A program made the translations under genes and the position numbers. Shown piece by piece: positions 1 to 9,184 of a stretch of 64,000 bases of DNA; the stretch's first letter is position 1, and the number at the start of each line of letters is the position of its first letter. Location of the stretch: assembly GCA_036266805.1 (NCBI GenBank), contig DATAXK010000025.1, forward strand, positions 54,497-118,496, written 5' to 3'. The notes below the pieces were generated by a model. It saw only the letters and a program-made list of their open reading frames with translations. It ran no database searches and was not told the DNA's origin. The DNA comes from Solirubrobacteraceae bacterium. Its GTDB lineage: Bacteria; Actinomycetota; Thermoleophilia; Solirubrobacterales; Solirubrobacteraceae.

Positions 1-274
<274 letters not shown>

Positions 275-275
275 G

Positions 276-1892
276 CTAGCCCTTTGGTCCCGCGCCGGTC
301 CAGTCAACCGCGACCGGCGTGAGGTCCAGCAGCGCCTGCCAGGTGGCTGCTTCGGTGTGACCGCTAGGCGCGATCCCGTGCGCGCTCTGGAACTGCTCGA
401 GGTTCGTCGTGGTCGCCGCGTTGAAGATGCCGGTCGTTTCCTGGGTGGGGATCGCGGCGGCGAGGTGCTCCTGCATCCACAGGACAGGGTCGCCTTTGCT
501 GCCTTCGCCCAGTTCCGACCAAGAGGGATTAGGGGTGACGCCAGCCAGGGGAGCGAGCGGGGTTGCCAGCGCCGTCCACAGGCTTGCCGGCGTTTCCTGG
601 AAGTCCCAGAAGGACGTGCCGGTCGCTCCGTAGAGAGGGGCCTCCTCGCGGAAGCGCACCAGTTCTTCGGTTGAAGGTTTGGAGTAGGTCTGTCCGAGCG
701 GGAAGATGGGCCGGCCATAGACGCGGTTTGAGATGTATGTGTTCGCATACACCGTGTCCACCGAGTTGCCGATGTCCTTCCAGTACATCTGCGGCGCGTT
801 GAACTGGGCGCCATTCGGGCCGAGGAAGACGGAGTAGGGGAATGAGGTGTGGTCGTATACGTATGGAAAGGAGGCGAGCCCAAGCGGATAGGCCGCACCG
901 ACCTTGGCGCGCAGGTCGGCGATGTATGTCTGGGCGGCCCCGTAGTGGCCTTCGTACTCGGACTCGGCGTCGATCACCAGGCAATCGGCCCCGCTGGCCA
1001 CCGCGCGTGCCCCGAGTTCTGCCTCGCCCACTGGATTGGTGCCGTAGACGTACTGCCAGGCGCACACCTTCAGTCCGTTCGCGTGCAGTTGCGCCACCAG
1101 TTCAGGGCTGAACTGGCTCCAGTAGTTGGAGGACCCGTCGGAACTCTTGATGTAGAGCGTGGTCACGTCCGCGGCGTGAGCCTGAGCGACGATCGACGCG
1201 AGGTTGCCGCCGTCCGACTGGCTCACATACCAAATCCACATACCCTGCCCATCGAACGCGGTGCCGCTGGGAGTGGACGCGGGTGGGGCCACCGTCGGTT
1301 TGGGTGGCGTCGGTGGGTGCAGCGCATAGGACACGACCTGCAGCGGCCCGAAGGAGTTGGTGTGGCGGCCGTGGCTGATCAGGATCATGATGCGACCGGA
1401 GTGGGCGCTGTTCGGCACGTGTACCACCATCCCGAGCGTCGAGTTGGCCAGGTGGGCCGTGGGCGAGTTGCTGGCGATGCGCGCGTTCCAGCTGTGGGGA
1501 AAGGCGACGACCATGCCGGTACGCAAGCCTTTGCCCTTGATGAGCAGCTCGCCGCCCACGGACACCTGGCGCGGGTTGGTCGAACAGTGGATCGCTGGCA
1601 CGCATATCGCGCTCGAGAGCGTGAAGGGGTTTACGCGCTTCGCGGTCGTCTTCTTCTTGGCGGGCTTTGGCAAGCTGCCGCCTGTCGCTTTGGCTGGCGG
1701 TGTGGATGCCTTCGCGGAGCCTCCGCTGTTTGCCGGCGTGCCCTCGCCAGCTGGGGCGCTGGTCCCGCCGGCGCCTTGCGAGGCACCTGCCGCGGGCGCA
1801 AGTTGGCCGAGTGTCGCGCAGATCGCGCAGAGCACCGCGAGCGCCGTCCCGCGCGTGAAATAAGTCGAACCTCTGTCCACTGCCCTTGCCAC
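276..1892 (-). CDS. Secreted protein: Ig/IPT-like region, Pro linker, glycoside-hydrolase-like barrel, C-terminal peptidoglycan-binding domain
   Basis: Signal-like TALAVLCAICATLGQLAPAAGA; core GMWIWY...LYIKSSDG...LVIDAESEY...NAPQMYW; C-terminal LGEGSKGDPVLWMQEHL...TGIF...NLEQFQSAHGIAPSG...TWQAL (PG_binding_1-like). Start moved to GTG at 1892 (or 1880) from the ORF-track 2072. Confidence 0.75.
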   Translation of the reverse strand: MARAVDRGSTYFTRGTALAVLCAICATLGQLAPAAGASQGAGGTSAPAGEGTPANSGGSAKASTPPAKATGGSLPKPAKKKTTAKRVNPFTLSSAICVPAIHCSTNPRQVSVGGELLIKGKGLRTGMVVAFPHSWNARIASNSPTAHLANSTLGMVVHVPNSAHSGRIMILISHGRHTNSFGPLQVVSYALHPPTPPKPTVAPPASTPSGTAFDGQGMWIWYVSQSDGGNLASIVAQAHAADVTTLYIKSSDGSSNYWSQFSPELVAQLHANGLKVCAWQYVYGTNPVGEAELGARAVASGADCLVIDAESEYEGHYGAAQTYIADLRAKVGAAYPLGLASFPYVYDHTSFPYSVFLGPNGAQFNAPQMYWKDIGNSVDTVYANTYISNRVYGRPIFPLGQTYSKPSTEELVRFREEAPLYGATGTSFWDFQETPASLWTALATPLAPLAGVTPNPSWSELGEGSKGDPVLWMQEHLAAAIPTQETTGIFNAATTTNLEQFQSAHGIAPSGHTEAATWQALLDLTPVAVDWTGAGPKG

Positions 1893-2225
1893 GAACCATC
1901 CCTTCTGGCGCGCCCACCGCGCCCCAGTTTCTCGCCGCTCGTCCCCGAGGCACGAGCGGCAGCCTGAAATCCGCCGCCAGCGTCGCACGACGTTAGCGGT
2001 TCTGACCCCACAAACCGCTGGTAGACAGAGAAGTTGCGTCCCTATTGTCGGTCGGCTTGGCCCAGGTGCCATGGGAGCGCTCGTGTCGGCTAGCAGAACC
2101 GGGGGGCCTTGGGTCTGGTGTGGCGGATCTCACTCTCCGTGCCGTTCGGCGGTAGCTCGAGTGTCCAGCCCCGATGTGCCACCCGCGCAGACGCTCCGCG
2201 CTTGACCTAAAGCGGTCTTTTCCGC

Positions 2226-2252
2226 TTGACAGAGGAGGATTTTTCCTATAGA
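2226..2252 (+). promoter_or_regulatory. Putative sigma70-type promoter for the 2406 gene
   Basis: TTGACA at 2226-2231 and TATAGA at 2247-2252 in an AT-rich patch; 15-nt spacer is short. Confidence 0.45.
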
Positions 2253-2405
2253 ACCGATGACTGCGTTGTTCCGATAGAAACAACATGCCGTATCCGTGGA
2301 TTGACCATAGATAGACACGATGGATGCGGCCGGTCAGGTACGACTCCGGGTCGAGTTGGCCTGGAACGACGCTTCTGAAGTATCAACCAAACCAGGAGGA
2401 TTAGG

Positions 2406-3320
2406 ATGACTAGAATGGGCAAACCCCATGTGGGAGGACGGGCCATGGCTCCGCTCCTCGCGCTGGCCGCCGTGTCGCTTGCCGTACTTGGGTTTGCGGC
2501 TCCCGCGCTCGCCGGCAAACCGACAGGACGCTACGCGAACTTCAGCCAGTGTCCGTTGAAAGTGACCGGCGTCAATTTCTGCATCTTTGGGCAGACAAGC
2601 AGCGGTGAATTCAAGATCAAGAAAACACAAGTTCCGATTACGAAAACTATCACGCTGCAGGGCGGCATCATAGTCCCCGAATCAGGCGGGGAAACATTCG
2701 TCAACGCGGCGAACGGCGAAACATTGTCGAAAACACCAGAGAACGTGCCTGGCGGTCTGCTGAAAATCATTGCCCCCAAAGGATGGCCCGAAATTCTCCA
2801 GGTCATCTTCAACGAATTCATCAGCAAAGGCATCACTGGCGTGAACGCCTCGACCGAACTGGTTGGGAACGTCACGATCAGCAGGGGTAGCCTCCTCGCC
2901 GGTCTGCCGGATGCACTGGGGCTGCCAGTGCGAGTTCATCTGGAAAACTCGTTCCTGGGCAGCGGCTGCTACGTCGGTTCCAAAGCTCACCCGGTGAATC
3001 TCGAATTGACCACCGGCGCGACGAGCCCGCCTTTACCAAACGAATCGATCAAAGGAAGCCTCGGCGAACCGGAATTCATCGAAGAAGATGGCGAAGATGC
3101 CCTTCTCGTACTGCGGAAAAACTCGCTCGTGAACAACACGTTTTCGGCGCCGGAAGCCGAAGGATGTGGTTCGCAGTACTTCTTTGGCCTATTCACGGGA
3201 CTCATCGATGACGCTGTGGATGCCGAGCTCGGGCTGCCGTCCGCGTCGGGCAACAACACAGCCATCCTCGATGGCACGCTCGAAAATGCGTCGGCTACCG
3301 CTGTGAAAAGGAGTGAATAA
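2406..3320 (+). CDS. Secreted hypothetical protein, beta-rich, with paired Cys
   Basis: AGGAGG RBS at 2394-2399; signal peptide LLALAAVSLAVLGFAAPALA; four Cys; lower GC than neighbours. Confidence 0.8.
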   Translation: MTRMGKPHVGGRAMAPLLALAAVSLAVLGFAAPALAGKPTGRYANFSQCPLKVTGVNFCIFGQTSSGEFKIKKTQVPITKTITLQGGIIVPESGGETFVNAANGETLSKTPENVPGGLLKIIAPKGWPEILQVIFNEFISKGITGVNASTELVGNVTISRGSLLAGLPDALGLPVRVHLENSFLGSGCYVGSKAHPVNLELTTGATSPPLPNESIKGSLGEPEFIEEDGEDALLVLRKNSLVNNTFSAPEAEGCGSQYFFGLFTGLIDDAVDAELGLPSASGNNTAILDGTLENASATAVKRSE

Positions 3321-3355
3321 TTAAAGATTAAGAACTAGCGCTTTATGTCGTAACC

Positions 3356-3388
3356 GGCGGTCCCGTCAGGCGTTTTGGCGGGACCGCC
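3356..3388. terminator. Hairpin between convergent genes
   Basis: GGCGGTCCCGTCA...TGGCGGGACCGCC inverted repeat. Confidence 0.6.
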
Positions 3389-3515
3389 CTGTCGTTGTGA
3401 TTTGGCCCAGGATGTGAGCCCTGGGCTCGGGCTGACCGGAGTGCTGGGCTTGGGTAGACCAGCTCTGGACTTGGGTGGCCCAGGCGTTCCCCGCGCGTTA
3501 CCCAGGCGTTTGCGC

Positions 3516-4589
3516 TCAGTCCTCGTGCGCGCCCCAGCGAAATCCGACTGCCGATGGCGCCGGCGCGAGTGGGCTGGCCGGCAGTCCCGCCGGAGGAATC
3601 GGCAAGTTGTAGGCGCTCGGCGCCACGTCGTTCGGCGCGTCGGCATGAAACAGCGACGCCAGATACTGGATCTGCCCACGCCCAACGCCAAGCTCGAACT
3701 GCCCCCCGCCATAGTTGCCGATTCCGTGCGCGGAGCAGTAGTCGAACGCGTCGAGCAGATTCCTCAATCCGCCGAGCCGCGACGGCTTGATGTTGACCAT
3801 GCGCGGTGGGTAGCGCAACGCCTGGATGTCGGCAACCGAGTGAATTGGAGCATCCCAGGAGAAGCGCTCGCGATGGGTCTCCAGTACCGCGTCGGTCTCA
3901 GGCGTAAGCGCGGGGTCCTCGATCCATGCGCCAGGGAACGCCTCGACCACGCGCTTGTAGAGCAGGGGGTCTGCTGGCTGGTCGACGATCGAGCCGGAAT
4001 AGTAGGCCTTGAAATCGACCGACTCCACCGCACCGGTAGCGACGAGTGCGACGATCAACTGCTCATTCCATGAGCTTGTCGGATCGAGCTTGAAACGTAG
4101 CGATGGATAGGTTCGCAGGCGTTCGCGCAGTGGATCGATGCTGGGTGGCTCGCCAAGGCGCAGCGAGACGACAAAGCGCACCGGCTTCGCTGTGCGACCC
4201 AACGCCTCGTGTAGCGTCGTGCCGGCCTGACGCAGTGCCAGATCGAGCGCCGCCGATTCATATGCCCACACGCGATAGCGCCACGAGACCTCACGTTGAG
4301 GCTCCCGCGGAAAGAGATCGAGCGTCGCCAGATGCTCCGAGAAGGAGCCGATCGTCCAGTCGCCCTGCAGCGATAGCCGCGGTCCCGCGGCCTGCAAGAT
4401 CTCGTGGTCGACTGCGTCGTAGGTCACGTCCTCGCCGACCCCCTCCTGGCCGGCCCCCACGATATGGATCACCGTGCTCTTGCGCTCGAACTCGCTCGAC
4501 ACGAGTGCCTGCTGTGGCTCGAAGGCATACCCCTCGATCCGCAGCGGCAAGCTCGCCAAGCGCTCCCAGGTATTCCTCTGCTCAGGCAC
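3516..4589 (-). CDS. Enolase superfamily protein (mandelate racemase/OSBS-like), function unknown
   Basis: N-terminal GVGED; barrel motifs FKLD, VDFK, WIEDP, SWDAP, NIKPSR; TAAGCT -10 lies 8 nt before the GTG. Confidence 0.7.
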   Translation of the reverse strand: MPEQRNTWERLASLPLRIEGYAFEPQQALVSSEFERKSTVIHIVGAGQEGVGEDVTYDAVDHEILQAAGPRLSLQGDWTIGSFSEHLATLDLFPREPQREVSWRYRVWAYESAALDLALRQAGTTLHEALGRTAKPVRFVVSLRLGEPPSIDPLRERLRTYPSLRFKLDPTSSWNEQLIVALVATGAVESVDFKAYYSGSIVDQPADPLLYKRVVEAFPGAWIEDPALTPETDAVLETHRERFSWDAPIHSVADIQALRYPPRMVNIKPSRLGGLRNLLDAFDYCSAHGIGNYGGGQFELGVGRGQIQYLASLFHADAPNDVAPSAYNLPIPPAGLPASPLAPAPSAVGFRWGAHED

Positions 4590-4637
4590 AGCGGCTCAGC
4601 TTAGAAGGTCCAGAAAACACCCCCGTAAACTGTAGTC

Positions 4638-5252
4638 GTGGCAAGTAATACCAAGGGTCCGCGGGGACGTTCGCGCAAGCCGCGTCCGAGCGTGTCTACG
4701 ACGGGCGACGGCGCCAAGTCGGCTTCGCGCGAGCGGTCCACCTCGCCAGTCGGGCAGGCTGCCTCGCGGGTTGGGCAAGCCAGGTCCTCTCGCCGCGGGC
4801 GCGCGTCACGTACGGCGCCGCGCCCGCCGGTCTCGCCTCACAGAACGTTTGGCGAGCGCCCGCAAGCGCCCTGGCATCCGCTGCCGCTCTCAGAGTTGCT
4901 CATCCTGGCCGGGGGGATCGCGTTCGTGATAGCCGTTACGCGACTGCGCCACGGTCCCGCGGCGGGTGGCCCGCTGCTGCTGGCCGGCATCGCCGCCGTC
5001 GCCCTCGGCACGATCGAGGTGACCTGGCGCGAGCATTCGAGCGGATACCGCTCGCACACGCTGCTCTTGGCGCTGCTCCCAGTCATCGTGCTGCATTCGG
5101 CCGTCGTCCTGGGCTATACGTTTCTCGCGAAAGCCTCTCAGCTCTTGAACGTGGCGATGTTCGCTGTCGACATAGCCGTCTTCGTGCTCCTGTTCAGGCT
5201 GTTGCGCACGCGCTTCCTGGACGCTCGTGCACGCGCGATGACCCGGGTCTAG
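4638..5252 (+). CDS. Membrane protein with basic disordered N-terminus and about 4 TM helices
   Basis: Hydrophobic segments after PWHPLPLSE; TAAACT -10 lies 6 nt before the GTG. Confidence 0.7.
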   Translation: MASNTKGPRGRSRKPRPSVSTTGDGAKSASRERSTSPVGQAASRVGQARSSRRGRASRTAPRPPVSPHRTFGERPQAPWHPLPLSELLILAGGIAFVIAVTRLRHGPAAGGPLLLAGIAAVALGTIEVTWREHSSGYRSHTLLLALLPVIVLHSAVVLGYTFLAKASQLLNVAMFAVDIAVFVLLFRLLRTRFLDARARAMTRV

Positions 5253-5265
5253 CCGGACCCTTGGT

Positions 5266-5547
5266 CTAGCCGACGCTCAGCGAAGGCAGCGGCAGCTCGC
5301 CCTCGTTGCCGGCCTCGCCGCGCGTCTCGCCGGTGAAACCAAGGCGCTCCAGTCGCGCGATCTCGCGCTCGCCTTCTCTTCGTGCCGGATGGTCGCGGGG
5401 AAGCTCGGCGATCAGGCCTACGATGCGATTGCGCAGCTGTAGGGCGAAGTGTGGGGTGGAGGCGCCCATCAGCTCGCGCACGTCCTCCACGCTCACCTCT
5501 CCGGTGCGCTCTCTGATCAGGCGTTGTGGGTGCTCGGCTTGGCTCAT
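5266..5547 (-). CDS. Small hypothetical protein
   Basis: 93 aa; ATGA overlap with the stop of the upstream gene at 5544-5547. Confidence 0.65.
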   Translation of the reverse strand: MSQAEHPQRLIRERTGEVSVEDVRELMGASTPHFALQLRNRIVGLIAELPRDHPARREGEREIARLERLGFTGETRGEAGNEGELPLPSLSVG

Positions 5548-6812
5548 GGTGTGGATTCGCTGCTCTGTGTCGATTCGCTGGGTGTCGGTTCGCTCGAGGG
5601 CGTCGCCGGTGAAGAGAAGCTCGCTTCGGGTGCCGTTCGGGAGGATATCTCCAGCAGCGTGTCCAAGCGCGCCTGGGTGGTGGCGGAGATCGCGGTTTCA
5701 TCCCCGATCAGCCAGCCCCGGTTGTAGACGCCGTGTACCGGGCCCGAGGAAGGCGAGCCCGGCTGCAGATCGCTCAGGTAGCCACTCAGCTCGCTTGGCA
5801 GCGTCTCGGTATTTTCAAGTAGCAGCAGCGGGCCGTAGTCGCCGCGTGCGGACAGCGGCGCCGCGGCGGGCGCGTCCAGTGGTCGCGAGCTGTTCGCGAA
5901 CACGAGTCCGTGGCCGGGTTCCAGGACGCCCCAGCCGAAGGCGCCCTTGCTGAAGCGCGCCACGGCGATTGCGTTTGCCGCTGGAGTCGGACCGTCGATG
6001 CGCGTCACCTGCCCGAAGTGTCGGAGCTCTCGGACCACGCGCTGGCTTACGACCGTGCGTGGTCCGACGACGTAGATCGAGGCTCCGGCGAGTCTCCTCA
6101 GCTCGGCCGCGGTGGTACGGGGAATCCCCGAACGCAGCACGAACAGGATCGGCGCACCCGTCTGAGCAGACAACCCCGCGGCCGGCATCGTCATCGCGGG
6201 CGAACCGTTTGCGGCAGTCACGATCAGCTCGTGCGGCGAGTGCCCCTCCAGCAAGCTCGAGAGCCGCTCGATTGCGACCGCCTGAGCGGCCGGTTCGGCT
6301 CCAGCGATCGACCGTATTGTATAGCCGCCCGGCGTGGCCGCGTTGCCGATCTCGAGCACCTGGGCGCGCCCGGCGGGCCCGCTTGGCGATGGTCCGAGCG
6401 AATCGGTCCCGGTTGGTTTCATGGCGTGTAGCGCCATGTCGCTTGCCTGCGGCAACGTGGTGCCTTCGCTGTACAGAATCGGCGCTCGCAGTGGCGTGCC
6501 CGCAAATACAGACGACGCAAGTGCCCCCGGCCAGTCGTTGTCGTCCACCATCACCACCATCGGCGGTCGAGTCGCCGGGGTGAGGCCCGGGTATGCGGCC
6601 AGCGCAATCGCGGCGGCGTCCACGACCGGAGTAGACCCACCCAGACGGGTGGTGTTGATCGTATTCACGCCTACCGCGGCGTGCGCACCGAGTGCCGGAA
6701 CCGTCGCCGTCGGGCGTTCCGTGGCATGCGGGGAGAACGCCTTGCCGCATCCGGCGAGAGCCGTACAAGACAGGACCACGATGGCCGCGGCACGTAGAGG
6801 GGCGAAACGCAT
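5544..6812 (-). CDS. Lipoprotein with cell-wall-binding repeat 2 (CWB2)-like repeats
   Basis: Lipobox LAGC; three R(L/I)xG-type repeats; APILY, APILF, GPLLL segments; start 6812 has TAGCGT 7 nt upstream. Confidence 0.72.
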   Translation of the reverse strand: MRFAPLRAAAIVVLSCTALAGCGKAFSPHATERPTATVPALGAHAAVGVNTINTTRLGGSTPVVDAAAIALAAYPGLTPATRPPMVVMVDDNDWPGALASSVFAGTPLRAPILYSEGTTLPQASDMALHAMKPTGTDSLGPSPSGPAGRAQVLEIGNAATPGGYTIRSIAGAEPAAQAVAIERLSSLLEGHSPHELIVTAANGSPAMTMPAAGLSAQTGAPILFVLRSGIPRTTAAELRRLAGASIYVVGPRTVVSQRVVRELRHFGQVTRIDGPTPAANAIAVARFSKGAFGWGVLEPGHGLVFANSSRPLDAPAAAPLSARGDYGPLLLLENTETLPSELSGYLSDLQPGSPSSGPVHGVYNRGWLIGDETAISATTQARLDTLLEISSRTAPEASFSSPATPSSEPTPSESTQSSESTP

Positions 6813-7021
6813 ATCCGCCACGCTACCCGCCTTCCCCGACGGCAGTGGAGTCGGCCCGGCCTTTTGCGGGTCGGCCCGCACGAAGAGCAACAACCGCTTT
6901 GAGGTCCTGAGAATCAGCTCCCCGGAGGGCTTGACAAATGCCCCTCAACTGCAATTTGACGCCCAAAATCCCCCTATTTGCGGGCAAAATGCCCACATCG
7001 GGTGCAACCGTCATTGCACTC

Positions 7022-7030
7022 TGATAGCCT
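7022..7030 (+). promoter_or_regulatory. Extended -10 promoter (TG-A-TAGCCT) upstream of the riboswitch
   Basis: TGnTAnnnT immediately 5' of the aptamer; same CTGATAGCCT 10-mer recurs at 7975-7984 before pspA. Confidence 0.55.
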
Positions 7031-7034
7031 GCCG

Positions 7035-7175
7035 CCCCGAACGCCGAATCCTTGGTCAGAAGCCAAGGAACGGGGGACCCAAGTTGTTGGGGCGAATCCC
7101 GCGGTAGATCCGTGAGAAGCGCAGGCTCTTTCAGCGCTAGCCCGTCAGCTAACCCCGCAGGCCGACGAAAGAGGT
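7035..7175 (+). promoter_or_regulatory. Cyclic di-AMP (ydaO/yuaA) riboswitch
   Basis: Hallmark segments CGCCGAATCC, GGAACGGGGGACCC, TTGGGGCGAATC and CCCGTCAGCTAACCCCGCAGGC in order; precedes a cell-wall hydrolase, the usual actinobacterial context. Confidence 0.92.
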
Positions 7176-7179
7176 TGCT

Positions 7180-7959
7180 TTGCGATTGCGAGCCGCGGGC
7201 TCAACGCTATTCAGCATGCTGTTCCTGGCTGTCGCCCCTGTATCGGCGCTTGCCGCGACAGGCGGTGTCTCGGTGGGAGGCGCCGCGGCGACTGTGACTC
7301 CGCCCGCCGCGGTTGGCGGGACCGCTCCGACGACCACCACTCCGGCTGTCAAGAAGCCGCACGCGCCCGTCACCTCGAAATCGACGAGTCTCCTTTACAG
7401 GGGCGCGGTCTACGAGCAGACTGCCACCGGCCAGGTCGTTCCCTACGTTGCTCCCCAGTCGCCGAGCGAAGTGACCTCCTCGACCGGTGGAAGCGTGGTG
7501 GGTGTTGCCGCCGACACCAAGCCCGAGCTGCTCGTTCCCGGTAGCACTGCTCGCGTCGTGGATGGTCTTGCCGCCGCCCCGATGTCCGCGCCACCCGCCG
7601 TCCAAGAGATCATCTGGGCCGGCGATCAGATCATCGGTCTGCCCTACATCTACGGCGGCGGTCACGCCTCTTTCATCTCGCCCGGCTATGACTGCTCGGG
7701 CACCGTCTCCTACGCACTTCACGGCGCCAACCTGATCACGACGCCGATGGACTCGACCGAATTCATGGGCTGGGAATCCGGCGGTATCGGCACGTGGGTG
7801 ACGATCTTCGCCAACGGCGGTCACGCCTACATGACGGTCGCCGGCCTGCGCTTGGACACGAGCCCCGTCGACGATCCGTCCGACCAAGAGGGCCCACGTT
7901 GGCGTCCGTTGCGGCCCGCCAACCCGGGCTTCACGGTTCGCCACCCCACCGGTTTGTAG
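7180..7959 (+). CDS. Secreted NlpC/P60 (C40) family peptidoglycan hydrolase
   Basis: Signal peptide; PYIYGGGH...YDCSG catalytic Cys; GHAYM His; TTG start, exact start uncertain. Confidence 0.82.
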   Translation: MRLRAAGSTLFSMLFLAVAPVSALAATGGVSVGGAAATVTPPAAVGGTAPTTTTPAVKKPHAPVTSKSTSLLYRGAVYEQTATGQVVPYVAPQSPSEVTSSTGGSVVGVAADTKPELLVPGSTARVVDGLAAAPMSAPPAVQEIIWAGDQIIGLPYIYGGGHASFISPGYDCSGTVSYALHGANLITTPMDSTEFMGWESGGIGTWVTIFANGGHAYMTVAGLRLDTSPVDDPSDQEGPRWRPLRPANPGFTVRHPTGL

Positions 7960-8011
7960 CCCCAGTCGGCTACGCTGATAGCCTCACTTCCCCGCCCTAC
8001 AGGAGGATCAT

Positions 8012-8839
8012 ATGGCCGGTTTGACCGGGCGCATGTCAACCGTCGTGAAGGCCAAGGTATCCAAGCTCTTGGATCGCGCCGAAGACCCCGCCGAGACGCT
8101 CGACTACAGCTATCAAAAGCAGGTCGAACAGCTGCAGAACGTCAAGAAGGGCATCGCCGACGTGGTGACTGCCAAGAAGCGTCTGCAGCTGCAGGAGACT
8201 TCGCTGCAGCAGCAGGTCGTCAAGCTCGACACGCAGGCCCGCCAAGCGGTCTCCTCAGGTAAGGAAGATCTCGCGCGCGTAGCGCTGGAACGCAAGAACA
8301 TCGCCCAGACGGAGCTGCAGGGGCTCGACACGCAAGTGACCGAACTGGAAGACCAGCAGCAGAAGCTGACCGACTCCGAGCAGAAGCTGCGCGCCAAGAT
8401 CGAATCCTTCCGTACCAAGAAGGAGGTCATCAAGGCCCAGTACTCCGCCGCCGAAGCGCAGGTGAAGATCTCCGAAGCGGCCACCGGTGTCGGCGAGCAG
8501 ATGGCCGACGTGGGGCTCGCCATGCAGCGCGCCGTGGACAAGACCGAAAACATGAAGGCCCGTGCGGATGCGGTGCAGGAGCTCGAAGCGGCGGGCACGT
8601 TCGACGACGTCACCGCGCTGGGCCCAGGCGAAGACGACATCGACCGCCAGCTCAAATCGCTCTCCAGCAAGTCCGCTGTCGACGATGACCTGGCGAAGCT
8701 CAAGGGTGAGCTGGGCGCGGGAAACGCAGGCGCCGGTGCGGGTCAGCTGCCGGCGGGTGCCGAGGACGAGCCGGTCGAGGGTGAACCTGCCGTGGCGGAC
8801 GCCGCCGCGGCCGATCCAAGCAGGGAGCAGTCGGCATGA
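8012..8839 (+). CDS. pspA: PspA/IM30 family protein
   Basis: LDRAEDPAETLDYSY, long coiled coil, ARADAVQEL, VDDDLAKLK; AGGAGG RBS. Confidence 0.92.
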   Translation: MAGLTGRMSTVVKAKVSKLLDRAEDPAETLDYSYQKQVEQLQNVKKGIADVVTAKKRLQLQETSLQQQVVKLDTQARQAVSSGKEDLARVALERKNIAQTELQGLDTQVTELEDQQQKLTDSEQKLRAKIESFRTKKEVIKAQYSAAEAQVKISEAATGVGEQMADVGLAMQRAVDKTENMKARADAVQELEAAGTFDDVTALGPGEDDIDRQLKSLSSKSAVDDDLAKLKGELGAGNAGAGAGQLPAGAEDEPVEGEPAVADAAAADPSREQSA

Positions 8840-9114
8840 TCGTGCGCATCTCAGGCGAGGACCAATACCGGCTCGACGACGGCCTGCATGACCAGCTCGA
8901 CCAACTCGCCGGTGCCGCGCACACGGCGGTTGACGCCGACGACGAGGGCGCCTTCTCGCGCTCGCTCGCTGAGCTGCTCGCGTTCGTGCGTGCCAACGGT
9001 ACGCGTGTGGACGACGAGGAGATCGAGACCTCCGACGTGATCCTGCCGCCCAGCGATACGACGCTCGCCGAGGCCCGCTCTGAGTTCACAGGCGAGGGCC
9101 TGATCCCAGACTGA
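8836..9114 (+). CDS. PspA-associated protein PspAA-like
   Basis: MIVRISGEDQYRL...SDVILPPSDTTLAEAR...EGLIPD; ATGA overlap with pspA. Confidence 0.75.
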   Translation: MIVRISGEDQYRLDDGLHDQLDQLAGAAHTAVDADDEGAFSRSLAELLAFVRANGTRVDDEEIETSDVILPPSDTTLAEARSEFTGEGLIPD

Positions 9115-9184
9115 CGCTCCGCCTTGCCGGGGATGGCGTAGTCGCCAGATCAGTCATGCCCATCGCGCGCGCGGGGGGCATCGC

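Noticed and set aside
2030-2042. 13-mer GAAGTTGCGTCCC shared with 19778-19790
   Set aside because: Tens of 13-mer matches are expected by chance in 64 kb, and the flanks agree only weakly
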